A stretch of 64,000 bases of DNA, taken from contig CALBXO010000841.1 in the NCBI GenBank assembly GCA_937890335.1, positions 200-64,199 of the forward strand, given 5' to 3'. Shown one piece after another: positions 8,718 to 17,752 of this stretch. Source of the stretch: an uncultured Pseudomonadota bacterium (lineage in GTDB: Bacteria; Myxococcota_A; Bradymonadia; Bradymonadales; GCA-2716585). Position numbers and translations under genes: made by a program. Positions within the stretch are counted from its first letter, which is position 1. Each line of letters opens with the position of its first letter. A model generated the notes under the pieces. That model worked only from the letters and a program-made list of their open reading frames with translations, was not told where the DNA came from and did not search any database.

Positions 8718-11700
8718 CTACTCAGTGATCGTGACGTAGTGCGGCCGGGAGGCAATGGTGGGGGTGTCCTCGGTACCGGGCATCTGCCAGTAGCACTGTA
8801 CGTGGACGCGGCCACTGAGCTCGCTGGTCAGAGTCACCTCGTGAACCGTAGAGTCGTGGTCCTGAGGGCCGGTCCCGGCCAATGTCAGGTAGTCGCTCTG
8901 GTCGCGCGCGTAGAGGTCGATGTCGTCAATGTAGGCGTCCGGGTCGATCCGCGCAGGTGCTGGCCGGACAAAGCCGATGCGACGGCCGAGCACGGGCTTC
9001 ATCTCCTCTGTGAGCTCGGCGACAAAGCGGTGACGCACTCGATGACTTCCGTCACGGAGGCCCCCGGCGGTGTACTGCGTGACATAGGGGCCGACGATGT
9101 CAGGGGGAAGCGCCGAGGCGATCTTGTGCTGTGTCTGCTCGTCGTCTCCGACCTGGTAGATGGCGTGCATCGCGTCGCCGCCCAGCCACTCAGCACGGTT
9201 GCGAAGCGCCATGGCCCAGTCCAGCCGAATCGGCTGGCTGCGGTCGAACCCGTCCGGGACTTGCGTCACTGGCGGTAGCAGGATCGAGCCTGGCATCGTG
9301 GCATGGCTCCAAGACAATCCCAGTGAGCCGGTGTGTCTTGCACGGCCCTCCAAGGTGATGGAGTGGCCCTCGAAGGGGAATCTGTCGGCGAAGAAGAACG
9401 CGGCGATGTCGGCCTCCTGCGCAGGGTCTTCAAAGTACATCACCGCGTCTTCGCTCTGGTTGTTCCAGGTCCAGCGCAGGTAATCGATCTCGTCGGGAAT
9501 GGCGTCCGCATCGAGACGCCACCAGGGCACGGCGTAGATCCCCACGCTGTCCACGAAGGCGCAGCGATTGGGGTCCGTGCCACCGTTGCGCACCAGGAGC
9601 TCCAATCGGACAGTGATCGCCCCGACCCCCTGCGCGTTGAAGAAAACGTTCTGGTAGTCGCGCATGACGACGTCCGCGCTGTCTAGCGCCACCACAGGCA
9701 GAAAGAGGTCTTCGCCGTCGTTCCCGGTCAACGCGTTGCGGTAACTGACGACAAAGAGCTCCTCTTCACCCAGTCCCGTAGGGACCATGTTTTTCATGCG
9801 GATGCGCAGCATCAGAGCGGTTCCGTCGGACAACGGGGGCTGGACAAATGGACCGAGCAGCAGGCCCTTTCCGTTGCACACCTTCAGTCCCAGGGCTCCG
9901 TCGTGTGACACGCCCGACGCCACGTCCGCACCGAGGTTGCCAAGGGGAGCGAGCTCGCCATCGCCTTCGCCGAGGTCGGCGATGGTCGCAGGGTCACCAA
10001 AGCCTTCGAACCAGGTCTCAAGGCGGCCCACGCAATAAAGATTGGCGCCCTGGTTGGTCGCCTCGCCCGCCTCCACCGTCAATGTCAGGGGCCGGCCGAC
10101 CCCGCCCCCGTCGTCGCCGCCGACAGCCACACTCCCCGGCGTGATGCAGTCGGAATCGTTGTCGTCCGTGAATCCGTCACAGTCGTTGTCCACCTCGTCG
10201 GCGCAGCTGGCGTCACCCGTGGGACCCTCGGCCGGCGTAAGGCAGATGCCCGCTGTGCAGAGTCCGTTCAGGTCGCCGTGTCCGCAGTTGACCACGCAGG
10301 CTCCTTCGTCCGCGGGCGCGTAGACACATCCGTCGCCGTCGGCGTCGGCGTCATCGGGAGCGCACTGGGGGTTGCGACGGCAGCTACCGGCACAGACGTC
10401 GTGGTCCAGGATCACGTCGCACACTCCGGCGCCATCACACACACTTCCCGCGGCGCAGTTGGCGTCTCCGCAAGGTGTGTCGGCTACGGCGAAGGTGTAC
10501 TCGCAGGCGCCGTCAACGCAGGCGCCAGGATCGACGCAGCGGTTGTTGTCGTCTTCGACGCAGTCGGCGTCGACCTGGCACTCGCAGGTGTCCGTTTGGG
10601 GCACGCAGTTCTGGTTCGCGTCGCACATGTCACCCATCGTGCAGGCCAGGCCGTCGTCGCACCTGGTGCCCTGCTCCCGAGGCTCGGCCATGCAGATGTC
10701 GCCGCAGAAGTAACGCAGGCAGGGGTTGCCACCGTCGCCGGGCATGCACTCCTCGTCGTTGTCGCACGGCGCGCACTCGCCCACGTCGTGCCTGATCTCG
10801 CCGTCCGTGCAGCTGTCGACAGTGCACGGGATGCCGTCATCGATGTTTGGCGCGGTGCCATCGATGCAGCCGTTGGCATCCCGTTGGGGTGCGTCAGGAC
10901 TGCAGATCTCCTCGCCGTCGCAGAGGTCAAAGTTGCTGCAGAGGTTGTGATCGAGCTGGCCACCGCACGCACCAGAACCGTCACAGACATCGTCGAAGGT
11001 GCAAGGAACACCGTCGTCGCACAGGGTTCCCGCCTCGCGGAAGGCCACGTCGGCGGCGCCACAGGTAAACCGGTCGGAGCAGGTGTAGCCACCGCAGGCG
11101 CCGAGCGTGTCGCACCCGTCGCCAACGCAGTCGCAACCGATCCCCGGCTCCTGGCAGTCGCAAGACGCAGGGTCGTGGACGATCCTACCACCCGTGCAAC
11201 TGTCCGCAGTGCACGCGATACCGTCGTCCGTATCCACGTCCCTGCCGCGGGCGCAGCTGCCGTCTGGATTGCAGGTCTCCGCGCCATTGCATTCGTCGTC
11301 GTCGTCGCACGCGCTGTCGTCTCTGACGGGCTGACACTGTCCCTCGTCGTCGCATTGGCCGGTGACGCAACCCTGCGCGCCCCCGCAAGCAGCCCCAGGT
11401 TCAGCCTGGGCAAACTCGCACCCGAGCTGGTCGTTGCAGCTTGCGGTAACGCATGTCAGACCCCGCTGCTGGGCCGCGGCAGCGCACGCCGCGTCGTCCT
11501 GCGGCGTAGTACAGATGCAGTCCGCTCCTCGAATGTGCCGCACCTCTCCCGCGACCTCGTCGCAGATGTCCTCGGTGCAATCGATACCGTCGGTGAGAGC
11601 CGGAGCAACACCAGCGAGGCAGCCATTGGAGTCGGCCGAATCCGACCCCGGCACACAGGTCTCCACGCCATTGCAAAAAAGACCGTCCGCGCAATCAGCG

Positions 11701-11888
11701 TCGGAGACGCAGGCACCATCCGGCGCGACGCAGGCACCCCGAAGGCAGGCGCGGCCACCGTCACAGTCTACATCCGAGACGCACGCACCCGGCTCGCCGT
11801 CGGACGGCGCGGGGACGTCGTCGACGTCGAGCGCCAAGGAGCACCCACTCACGCACACCCACACAATCGGTCCCAAGATCCGCAGCAT
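8718..11888 (-). CDS. Large (1056 aa) secreted Cys-rich modular lipoprotein with a Cys-poor beta-rich C-terminal half
   Basis: Probable start MLRILGPIVWVCVSGC (lipobox) at 11888. About 600 aa of disulfide-type repeats including three CNG/CDG-E-C...DDGI-CT-D-C...H modules and a DNDCDG motif. About 450 aa of C-terminal Cys-poor sequence. Confidence 0.75.
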   Translation of the reverse strand: MLRILGPIVWVCVSGCSLALDVDDVPAPSDGEPGACVSDVDCDGGRACLRGACVAPDGACVSDADCADGLFCNGVETCVPGSDSADSNGCLAGVAPALTDGIDCTEDICDEVAGEVRHIRGADCICTTPQDDAACAAAAQQRGLTCVTASCNDQLGCEFAQAEPGAACGGAQGCVTGQCDDEGQCQPVRDDSACDDDDECNGAETCNPDGSCARGRDVDTDDGIACTADSCTGGRIVHDPASCDCQEPGIGCDCVGDGCDTLGACGGYTCSDRFTCGAADVAFREAGTLCDDGVPCTFDDVCDGSGACGGQLDHNLCSNFDLCDGEEICSPDAPQRDANGCIDGTAPNIDDGIPCTVDSCTDGEIRHDVGECAPCDNDEECMPGDGGNPCLRYFCGDICMAEPREQGTRCDDGLACTMGDMCDANQNCVPQTDTCECQVDADCVEDDNNRCVDPGACVDGACEYTFAVADTPCGDANCAAGSVCDGAGVCDVILDHDVCAGSCRRNPQCAPDDADADGDGCVYAPADEGACVVNCGHGDLNGLCTAGICLTPAEGPTGDASCADEVDNDCDGFTDDNDSDCITPGSVAVGGDDGGGVGRPLTLTVEAGEATNQGANLYCVGRLETWFEGFGDPATIADLGEGDGELAPLGNLGADVASGVSHDGALGLKVCNGKGLLLGPFVQPPLSDGTALMLRIRMKNMVPTGLGEEELFVVSYRNALTGNDGEDLFLPVVALDSADVVMRDYQNVFFNAQGVGAITVRLELLVRNGGTDPNRCAFVDSVGIYAVPWWRLDADAIPDEIDYLRWTWNNQSEDAVMYFEDPAQEADIAAFFFADRFPFEGHSITLEGRARHTGSLGLSWSHATMPGSILLPPVTQVPDGFDRSQPIRLDWAMALRNRAEWLGGDAMHAIYQVGDDEQTQHKIASALPPDIVGPYVTQYTAGGLRDGSHRVRHRFVAELTEEMKPVLGRRIGFVRPAPARIDPDAYIDDIDLYARDQSDYLTLAGTGPQDHDSTVHEVTLTSELSGRVHVQCYWQMPGTEDTPTIASRPHYVTITE

Positions 11889-11919
11889 CCGACAAGTCTC
11901 CGCGCTGTGGGAAACGGAG

Positions 11920-12381
11920 TCAATCCGGCGGCCACGCGAACCGAGCTGCTCCGTAGCCAAGCGCCAATCCGGCGCTCCAGGCGTCGGACTGAACCTTGCC
12001 GCGGTTCCAACGGACGTAGGGTCCCAACATGAGGCCAAGCCTCCCGGAGAGGAGGAAATCCAGGCTCGCCCGACCCTCCCATTCCGTCAGGAATCCGGCC
12101 CCGCGTACCCCGGGCGCCGCGCGACCGAACAACCGGATGTGATGCGCACCAGCTGACGACAGCGCAGCCGCGAACTCCGTCCAAAGGCCGACCCCTGCGC
12201 GCAGTGTGTCACCATGCGCCGCCCACGACCCCAACCAGACGTCAGTGCCCACCGCGCACAGCGCTGTGTCCTCGGCGCCGTGCCAGAGCGTCAGTCCCTG
12301 CCCGAGGCGGGCCCAACCACCGACTGCGATGTGCTGCTCGGGCAGGGCACGCCAGGATTCTGCCTGGCCCCCGGCGTGCAC
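11920..12381 (-). CDS. Hypothetical ORF with beta-barrel-like alternating pattern (weak)
   Basis: It is the only non-antisense ORF in the 11889-12422 gap. Gly/aromatic alternating stretches (GLALGYGAARFAW) resemble an OMP, but there is no signal peptide and no RBS. It could be a gene remnant. Confidence 0.25.
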   Translation of the reverse strand: MHAGGQAESWRALPEQHIAVGGWARLGQGLTLWHGAEDTALCAVGTDVWLGSWAAHGDTLRAGVGLWTEFAAALSSAGAHHIRLFGRAAPGVRGAGFLTEWEGRASLDFLLSGRLGLMLGPYVRWNRGKVQSDAWSAGLALGYGAARFAWPPD

Positions 12382-12422
12382 TTTTCGCCTCTGTTCGGAG
12401 ACGCATGGGGTGGGGGGCTTCG

Positions 12423-14075
12423 CTACGAGTTCTGACCCCCGGCCCCTTTGAGGCGGTCGTCCCCTCTTGTTGTCCTGAGCCGGCGCTCGACCCCGCTCAT
12501 GCGGGGGCTGGAGGTGTCAATGGCGGCGCGGACGACATCGGGGCTGCCCACGATGGTCACGTTTTGGATCGCCCGGGTCACCGCCGTGTAGAGCAGCTCT
12601 CGCGTCAGCAGCGGGCTGTCCTCGTGCGGGAGCAAGACGATGATTTCCTCGGCCTCGGAGCCCTGGGCCTTGTGGACCGTAGAGGCGTAGACGGTCTCGT
12701 GTTCCGGGAGGAGAGACGGCGGCAGACTGCGCAGACCCTCCAGGTCGAACCAGGCCTCGCCGTCGCGGATGAGCCCCACGTTTCCGTTGCGCAGGTCCAT
12801 CGCCCGGTCGTTGCGCCGGATCATCAGCGGGCGCCCCTCGTACCACAGTCCGCGCCGGGCGATCTTGCCGGCGTCGACCAGCCAGGCGTGGGCCAACTCG
12901 TTGACGGTGCTGACGCCGCGGGGTCCGTGGCGGTGGGCGCAGAGGATGCGAAGCTTGCGCAGGCGCGCAAGGCCCAGCTCCGGTGGGAGGGTCGCCAGGT
13001 CACCCCACACGGCCTCCACCCGCGCACGCAGGAGGGTCTCCAGGCCACCGGCGCCACGGGTGGCCGGCTCGACGAGGTTCACGTCGGGGTAGGTCTCCAA
13101 CGCCAGCAGCGCGGCGTCGGCGTCTTGTTCGCGGATCGCCTGAGAGAGGGCTTGGATGCCCTCACCGTCGGTGCGCCACACGTGGGTCAGCCGAGCGGTG
13201 GCGCTCGCCAGCGGCTCGTGGGAGGCCGCGCGGCAGATGTCTCCGAGCACCGAGCCGTAGTCCACCGAGCGCAGCTGGTCCGGGTCTCCAAGCAGCACGA
13301 CCTGTGTCTCGGGCCAGACGGCGGACAACAGCCGCGCCATCATCGCGGCGTCCACCATGGACGCCTCATCGAGCACGACCACGTCCGCAGCGATGGGGTT
13401 GGACGGCCCGTGCCGGAAGATGCCTTTGTCCACGTCGATCACGCCCAGCAGGCCGTGGAGCGTCCCTCGGGTCTGGGGAAGGTCCACGCCCTGAACCTGC
13501 TGTGCCAGACGGTCTGCCGCCTTGCCCGTAGGGGCCGCCAGGGCGACCTGCGGCCGGGCGCCGCTGCGCTGGAGACACTCGAGGAACATTCGGACGACGG
13601 TGGTTTTGCCGGTGCCCGGCCCGCCGGTGATCACGGCCAGACGCCGGGTCAGAGCGACCTGGACCGCGGCGCGGCCACTGGCCTGACGCGGATCGTCCGT
13701 AAACACCTGATCGACGAGCCCGGCCGCGGTCGCCGCCGACATCGACGTCGCTTGCGAAGCCCTGGCGCGGACAGCGTCAACGATCGTGGTCTCCACGATC
13801 CAACAGCGGTCCAGGTAGAGCGAATTGCCCTGGAGCACCAGGGGTGTGCGTCCGGGTCGGCCCGGCGCGCGGACAAGCGCGGACGGCGCCGCGCGCACCG
13901 CGTCGCACTCGGGGACGGTCAGCTCTGCGCAGAGGTGCCCTGCGGACGGGGCCCAGCAGGCGCGGGCCAGCACCTCCGACAGCAGCTCCCCGGTCGCGCC
14001 AGAGCGCCGCAGCATGGCGGCTGCAAACGCCCGGTCCACCGGACGCAGCAGATCCTCCTCGGGCTCATCGGTCAT
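12423..14075 (-). CDS. recD: Exodeoxyribonuclease V alpha subunit RecD (intact copy)
   Basis: SF1 helicase motifs VITGGPGTGKTT (Walker A), VVVLDEASMVD (Walker B) and TVHKAQGSE. Its ATG overlaps the recB stop (ATGA at 14072-14075). Its codons 1-47 lie inside the duplicated tract. Confidence 0.9.
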   Translation of the reverse strand: MTDEPEEDLLRPVDRAFAAAMLRRSGATGELLSEVLARACWAPSAGHLCAELTVPECDAVRAAPSALVRAPGRPGRTPLVLQGNSLYLDRCWIVETTIVDAVRARASQATSMSAATAAGLVDQVFTDDPRQASGRAAVQVALTRRLAVITGGPGTGKTTVVRMFLECLQRSGARPQVALAAPTGKAADRLAQQVQGVDLPQTRGTLHGLLGVIDVDKGIFRHGPSNPIAADVVVLDEASMVDAAMMARLLSAVWPETQVVLLGDPDQLRSVDYGSVLGDICRAASHEPLASATARLTHVWRTDGEGIQALSQAIREQDADAALLALETYPDVNLVEPATRGAGGLETLLRARVEAVWGDLATLPPELGLARLRKLRILCAHRHGPRGVSTVNELAHAWLVDAGKIARRGLWYEGRPLMIRRNDRAMDLRNGNVGLIRDGEAWFDLEGLRSLPPSLLPEHETVYASTVHKAQGSEAEEIIVLLPHEDSPLLTRELLYTAVTRAIQNVTIVGSPDVVRAAIDTSSPRMSGVERRLRTTRGDDRLKGAGGQNS

Positions 14076-17000
14076 GGTGCCCTCCGCTCAAGTACAGACT
14101 CAAGGCGCTCGAGGCCCGCCAGTGTCGGCCTGCGCCGCCACACGCCGTGCCCGGACCCATGCTCCGGCACCATGCCCCGCACAAAGGCGTAGATCACCTC
14201 GCCGAAGTGCGCCTCAAAGTCGTAGGTGGGACCCAGCCGCTGCTTCAGGAGACGGTGGAGCGCCAGCGCGTAGAGCTCGGCCTGGAGCAGGTAGCCGCGG
14301 TCCCACATGACCTTGGAGAGGCGGCCCGCCGCGTAGTCGGACCAGCGGGGACCCAGCCGGTTGGACTTCCAGTCCAGGAGGTAGAACCGCCCCTCGCGCT
14401 CGAAGATCAGGTCCAACCGCCCCTCGAGGAACCCGGTCACGGGGAGGAACCCCAGACCGGCCACCATCTTGGAGAGCGGCTCGTCAAAGCCACGCGAGAG
14501 CTGTTGGGCGCTCAGGGGCGACGACGGGTCGTAGCCGCCGCGCACGGGCAGCGCGAACGATGGCTCGCGCAGCGTTTGGGACCAAGGCAGGTCCGACAGC
14601 GTGAACCCATCGTCAAACAGGGGCGTGCGCAAGGCCCCGTGCAGCGACTCGCTCAGGAGCGGCACGGCCGCCGCGTCCACGCCGTGGGCAGCCGCGTACC
14701 GCGCGACCAGAGTCCGCAGCTCCGTCTCCGAAGCCTGGAGGTCGTGGTGTTCGAGCGCGTCGTGCACTGTGTCACCCACGTGACTGCCACCCTCGAGCTC
14801 AGCCAGAGGGATGAGACCCGTCGGCTGCGACTCGACGCGTGCCGCGCCTGACGTTCCTGCTGCGCCGGACGTCGGGCCGCCAGAGGGCTCGGGCCCCGTC
14901 TTGCCATTTGCGCTGCCGCCGTCCGACCCCACCCGCGCCTCATCGAGGCCGTCTCCATCCGACGCGTCGGCGTCCACCGCGTCGTCGTCGCGGTCCTCCC
15001 GCGGGACCTCCTGCCTCGCGGGGAGATCTTGTCCCCGCGTGAGGCTCGAGTACGAGACGCGCCGCCACCATGTGTCCAACGGGCGCGACCGCTTCCTCGT
15101 GCGGACCGTCAGAGAATCGGGATGTACAGGGTCCTTCTCTGTCCAACGTGTGGTCTCGATCGACCCCGTCGGGTCCCACCCTCCGGCAGAAATCTGCGCG
15201 TGTTGCGCCAGGTGGTTCAGGTCCTCCTGGATGTCGCTGTCCCTCCTGACGCGGGCGCTGGCCGATGTGCGAAGATCCTCGACCGTCGCCGCGTCGCGTC
15301 CGCGGTGGAGCAGGTAGCCCATTGCGGACTCGGTCCCGGCGGGTCCCCAATAGATGACGCAGCGGTGCCTCGCGCGGGTGACGGCCACGTAGATCTGCCG
15401 CAGGTCTTCGCGCAGCTTGTCGGTCTCCATGGCGGCGGTCGCCACCGGCAGCGTGGGTACCCGGACGTCCAGGACCCAACGCGCACCCTCCGCATCCCAG
15501 TAGCGCGGCACGTCCCCGTCCGCGGTCCCGACATAGGTCGGCATCCAGGCAAACGGCAGCCAGACCCGGTCGTACTCCAGGCCCTTGGCTTTGTGGATGG
15601 TGCTGATCTGGACCGCGTCGTCGTCGGACTCCACGCGTTGTGCGGCGAGCTCCTCGTCGGTGCCTGGACCCCCGGCGGAGAACCACGCGAGCAGGCCTGC
15701 CGGCGCCCGGCGCTCCTCGAACTCCGCGCGGTGGAGCAGCGCAAAGAGGTGACGCAGGTCGGCGGCTGTGCGGCCGCCGCCGGGCCGGGACAGGATGCGC
15801 TCCAGCACGCGGTCTTCCTGCGCCCACTGCTCGAGCGCGGCGAGCACACCCTCCTCCCGCCAGGTCGCGTTCCAGCGGCGCATGGCGGTCATGCTCTGCG
15901 CCCAGAGCACGGGTGTTGCCTTGAGGTCCACCAGATCCTGGCCGGTGCGACCCATCAGCGGTGTGGCCAGCGCCTGCGCCACCGCGGAGTGGTCGCCGGG
16001 GGCGTGGAGCGCACCCAGGATCGCGTGGAGCGCCTTGGCGACCGGGCTCTGGAACGCCGTATCCGCTGTGCGCAGCACGACGGGAACGCCGCGACGCCTG
16101 AGCGCGTCACGAACCTGCGACGCTTGCCCGTTGGTGCGGGTCAGCACGGCGCACATGGAGGGAGTCGCGCTGTGACTGCTCAGCTCACGCACGATCTCTT
16201 CGGCGACCTCCTCCACGCAGACTCGCGCCAGGTTCCACTGGTTGAACGCACCGTGCTTGAGCAGGCGATGCCATCGGTCGGTCGGGCGCTGGATGTGGCG
16301 AATGTCGAGAGGCGCGCGGTCGTCGCCGAGCCGGTTGTCCTGGTGGTGGGCGTCCACCTTCTCAAACTGGATGTCTGGGGTCGCGAACGGCATTGGCCCG
16401 TCAAAGAGGCGTCCCACCGCTTTGAGCAGCCTCTGGTCTGAGCGGAAGTTGGTCCGCAACGGTGAGCTCTTGCCCGCGGAGTTTACGGCGGCGACGTACG
16501 AGTGCACGTCCGCGCGCCGGAACGCGTAGATCGACTGCTTGGGGTCCCCCACAACCAGGAGCCGCTTGCCTGCGAACAGTTCCTTGAACACGGCCCACTG
16601 CACCGGGTCCGTATCTTGGAACTCGTCCACCATCGCCAGATCCCACCGATCCTCGACCGCGCGCTTGAACGCCACCGCCCCAGCGCTGTCGCGCACCTGC
16701 CGCAGGAGATCCTCGAACGAGCGCTCGTCGCGGCGCCGCGCTTCCTCGAGCGTTGCCACGCGGATGCGCCGCACGAGCTCTCGCCGAAGCCGCGTCGCCC
16801 AGCTCCGCAGCGCACCACCCACGCTGGCGTGCAGGGCCCGCAGCACGGCGAGCCTCTCCACAACGGGATGCACGGGCGGCGCGTGCCCCGCGCGGGTCGC
16901 CGCGGCGATGAACTCCACGGTGAACCGGTCCGCACACGTTGGGACCGGCGCGAGCAGGTTGGGGCCCGCCAGCCACTTCAGGAGCGCGTCGATGTCATCC

Positions 17001-17752
17001 CGCGTTCCCTTGCCGGGAAACGACTCCGCGTAGTTCGAGGAGCGCCGACCCACGAGCGCAGGGTTGTCCACGAAGGTCTCGTCCAGCGACCGCTGGCTCG
17101 CCACCTCCCGTACGAGGGCAAGAGCCTGCTCAAACGGGGCGAGATCCGGCGCGTCCCCCACGGGCTCCACCGGCTCCGGCAGCGCCACCACGTCTCGCTC
17201 CTGCGCCTTCTTGGCCAGCTCCGTCAGCGACCGGTGGCTGAACCCAGCCGTGTCCAGCGCACGCACAAACAGGGCCGATTGCTGGGTCGTCAGGCGCCGC
17301 AGCTCGTCCACGACTACCCGCTCGGCGGCCTCCGCAGCCGCGGAGCCTTCCGTATTTGACAGGGACGCGCCCGCCTCAAACGCGCACGTGACGAGCAGCC
17401 GGCTGCAGAAGCTATGGATCGTCGAGATGGCCGCGAGATCGAAATCCACGAGCGCCTGCTGAATCCCATCGACGGCCGCGGACCCTGCACCGCGGACCCA
17501 GCGACCCAGCACGTCGTCTGGCGGGGTCCATGGGGCCCCCGCGTCGCGGGCGCGCAGCCCCTGCAGCGCGTCTCGCAGGCGCGCGCGCACCTTGGTCTTC
17601 AGTGACGCCGTGGCCGCGACCGTGAACGTCACCACGACGATGCGGTCAATGGAAACCCCACCGACGATCTCCTCGAGCACGCGCTGCGCCAGGGTAAACG
17701 TCTTGCCGGTCCCGGCGCTGGCCTGGACCGACTCAAGGTAGTCCAGCGTCAT
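14072..17752 (-). CDS. recB: Exodeoxyribonuclease V beta subunit RecB (helicase-nuclease), copy 1
   Basis: UvrD/Rep motifs VQASAGTGKTFTL and MVDEFQDTD. C-terminal PD-(D/E)xK nuclease with YLLDWKSN and QAELYALAL. It has 4-nt overlaps with recC and recD. Confidence 0.9.
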   Translation of the reverse strand: MTLDYLESVQASAGTGKTFTLAQRVLEEIVGGVSIDRIVVVTFTVAATASLKTKVRARLRDALQGLRARDAGAPWTPPDDVLGRWVRGAGSAAVDGIQQALVDFDLAAISTIHSFCSRLLVTCAFEAGASLSNTEGSAAAEAAERVVVDELRRLTTQQSALFVRALDTAGFSHRSLTELAKKAQERDVVALPEPVEPVGDAPDLAPFEQALALVREVASQRSLDETFVDNPALVGRRSSNYAESFPGKGTRDDIDALLKWLAGPNLLAPVPTCADRFTVEFIAAATRAGHAPPVHPVVERLAVLRALHASVGGALRSWATRLRRELVRRIRVATLEEARRRDERSFEDLLRQVRDSAGAVAFKRAVEDRWDLAMVDEFQDTDPVQWAVFKELFAGKRLLVVGDPKQSIYAFRRADVHSYVAAVNSAGKSSPLRTNFRSDQRLLKAVGRLFDGPMPFATPDIQFEKVDAHHQDNRLGDDRAPLDIRHIQRPTDRWHRLLKHGAFNQWNLARVCVEEVAEEIVRELSSHSATPSMCAVLTRTNGQASQVRDALRRRGVPVVLRTADTAFQSPVAKALHAILGALHAPGDHSAVAQALATPLMGRTGQDLVDLKATPVLWAQSMTAMRRWNATWREEGVLAALEQWAQEDRVLERILSRPGGGRTAADLRHLFALLHRAEFEERRAPAGLLAWFSAGGPGTDEELAAQRVESDDDAVQISTIHKAKGLEYDRVWLPFAWMPTYVGTADGDVPRYWDAEGARWVLDVRVPTLPVATAAMETDKLREDLRQIYVAVTRARHRCVIYWGPAGTESAMGYLLHRGRDAATVEDLRTSASARVRRDSDIQEDLNHLAQHAQISAGGWDPTGSIETTRWTEKDPVHPDSLTVRTRKRSRPLDTWWRRVSYSSLTRGQDLPARQEVPREDRDDDAVDADASDGDGLDEARVGSDGGSANGKTGPEPSGGPTSGAAGTSGAARVESQPTGLIPLAELEGGSHVGDTVHDALEHHDLQASETELRTLVARYAAAHGVDAAAVPLLSESLHGALRTPLFDDGFTLSDLPWSQTLREPSFALPVRGGYDPSSPLSAQQLSRGFDEPLSKMVAGLGFLPVTGFLEGRLDLIFEREGRFYLLDWKSNRLGPRWSDYAAGRLSKVMWDRGYLLQAELYALALHRLLKQRLGPTYDFEAHFGEVIYAFVRGMVPEHGSGHGVWRRRPTLAGLERLESVLERRAP

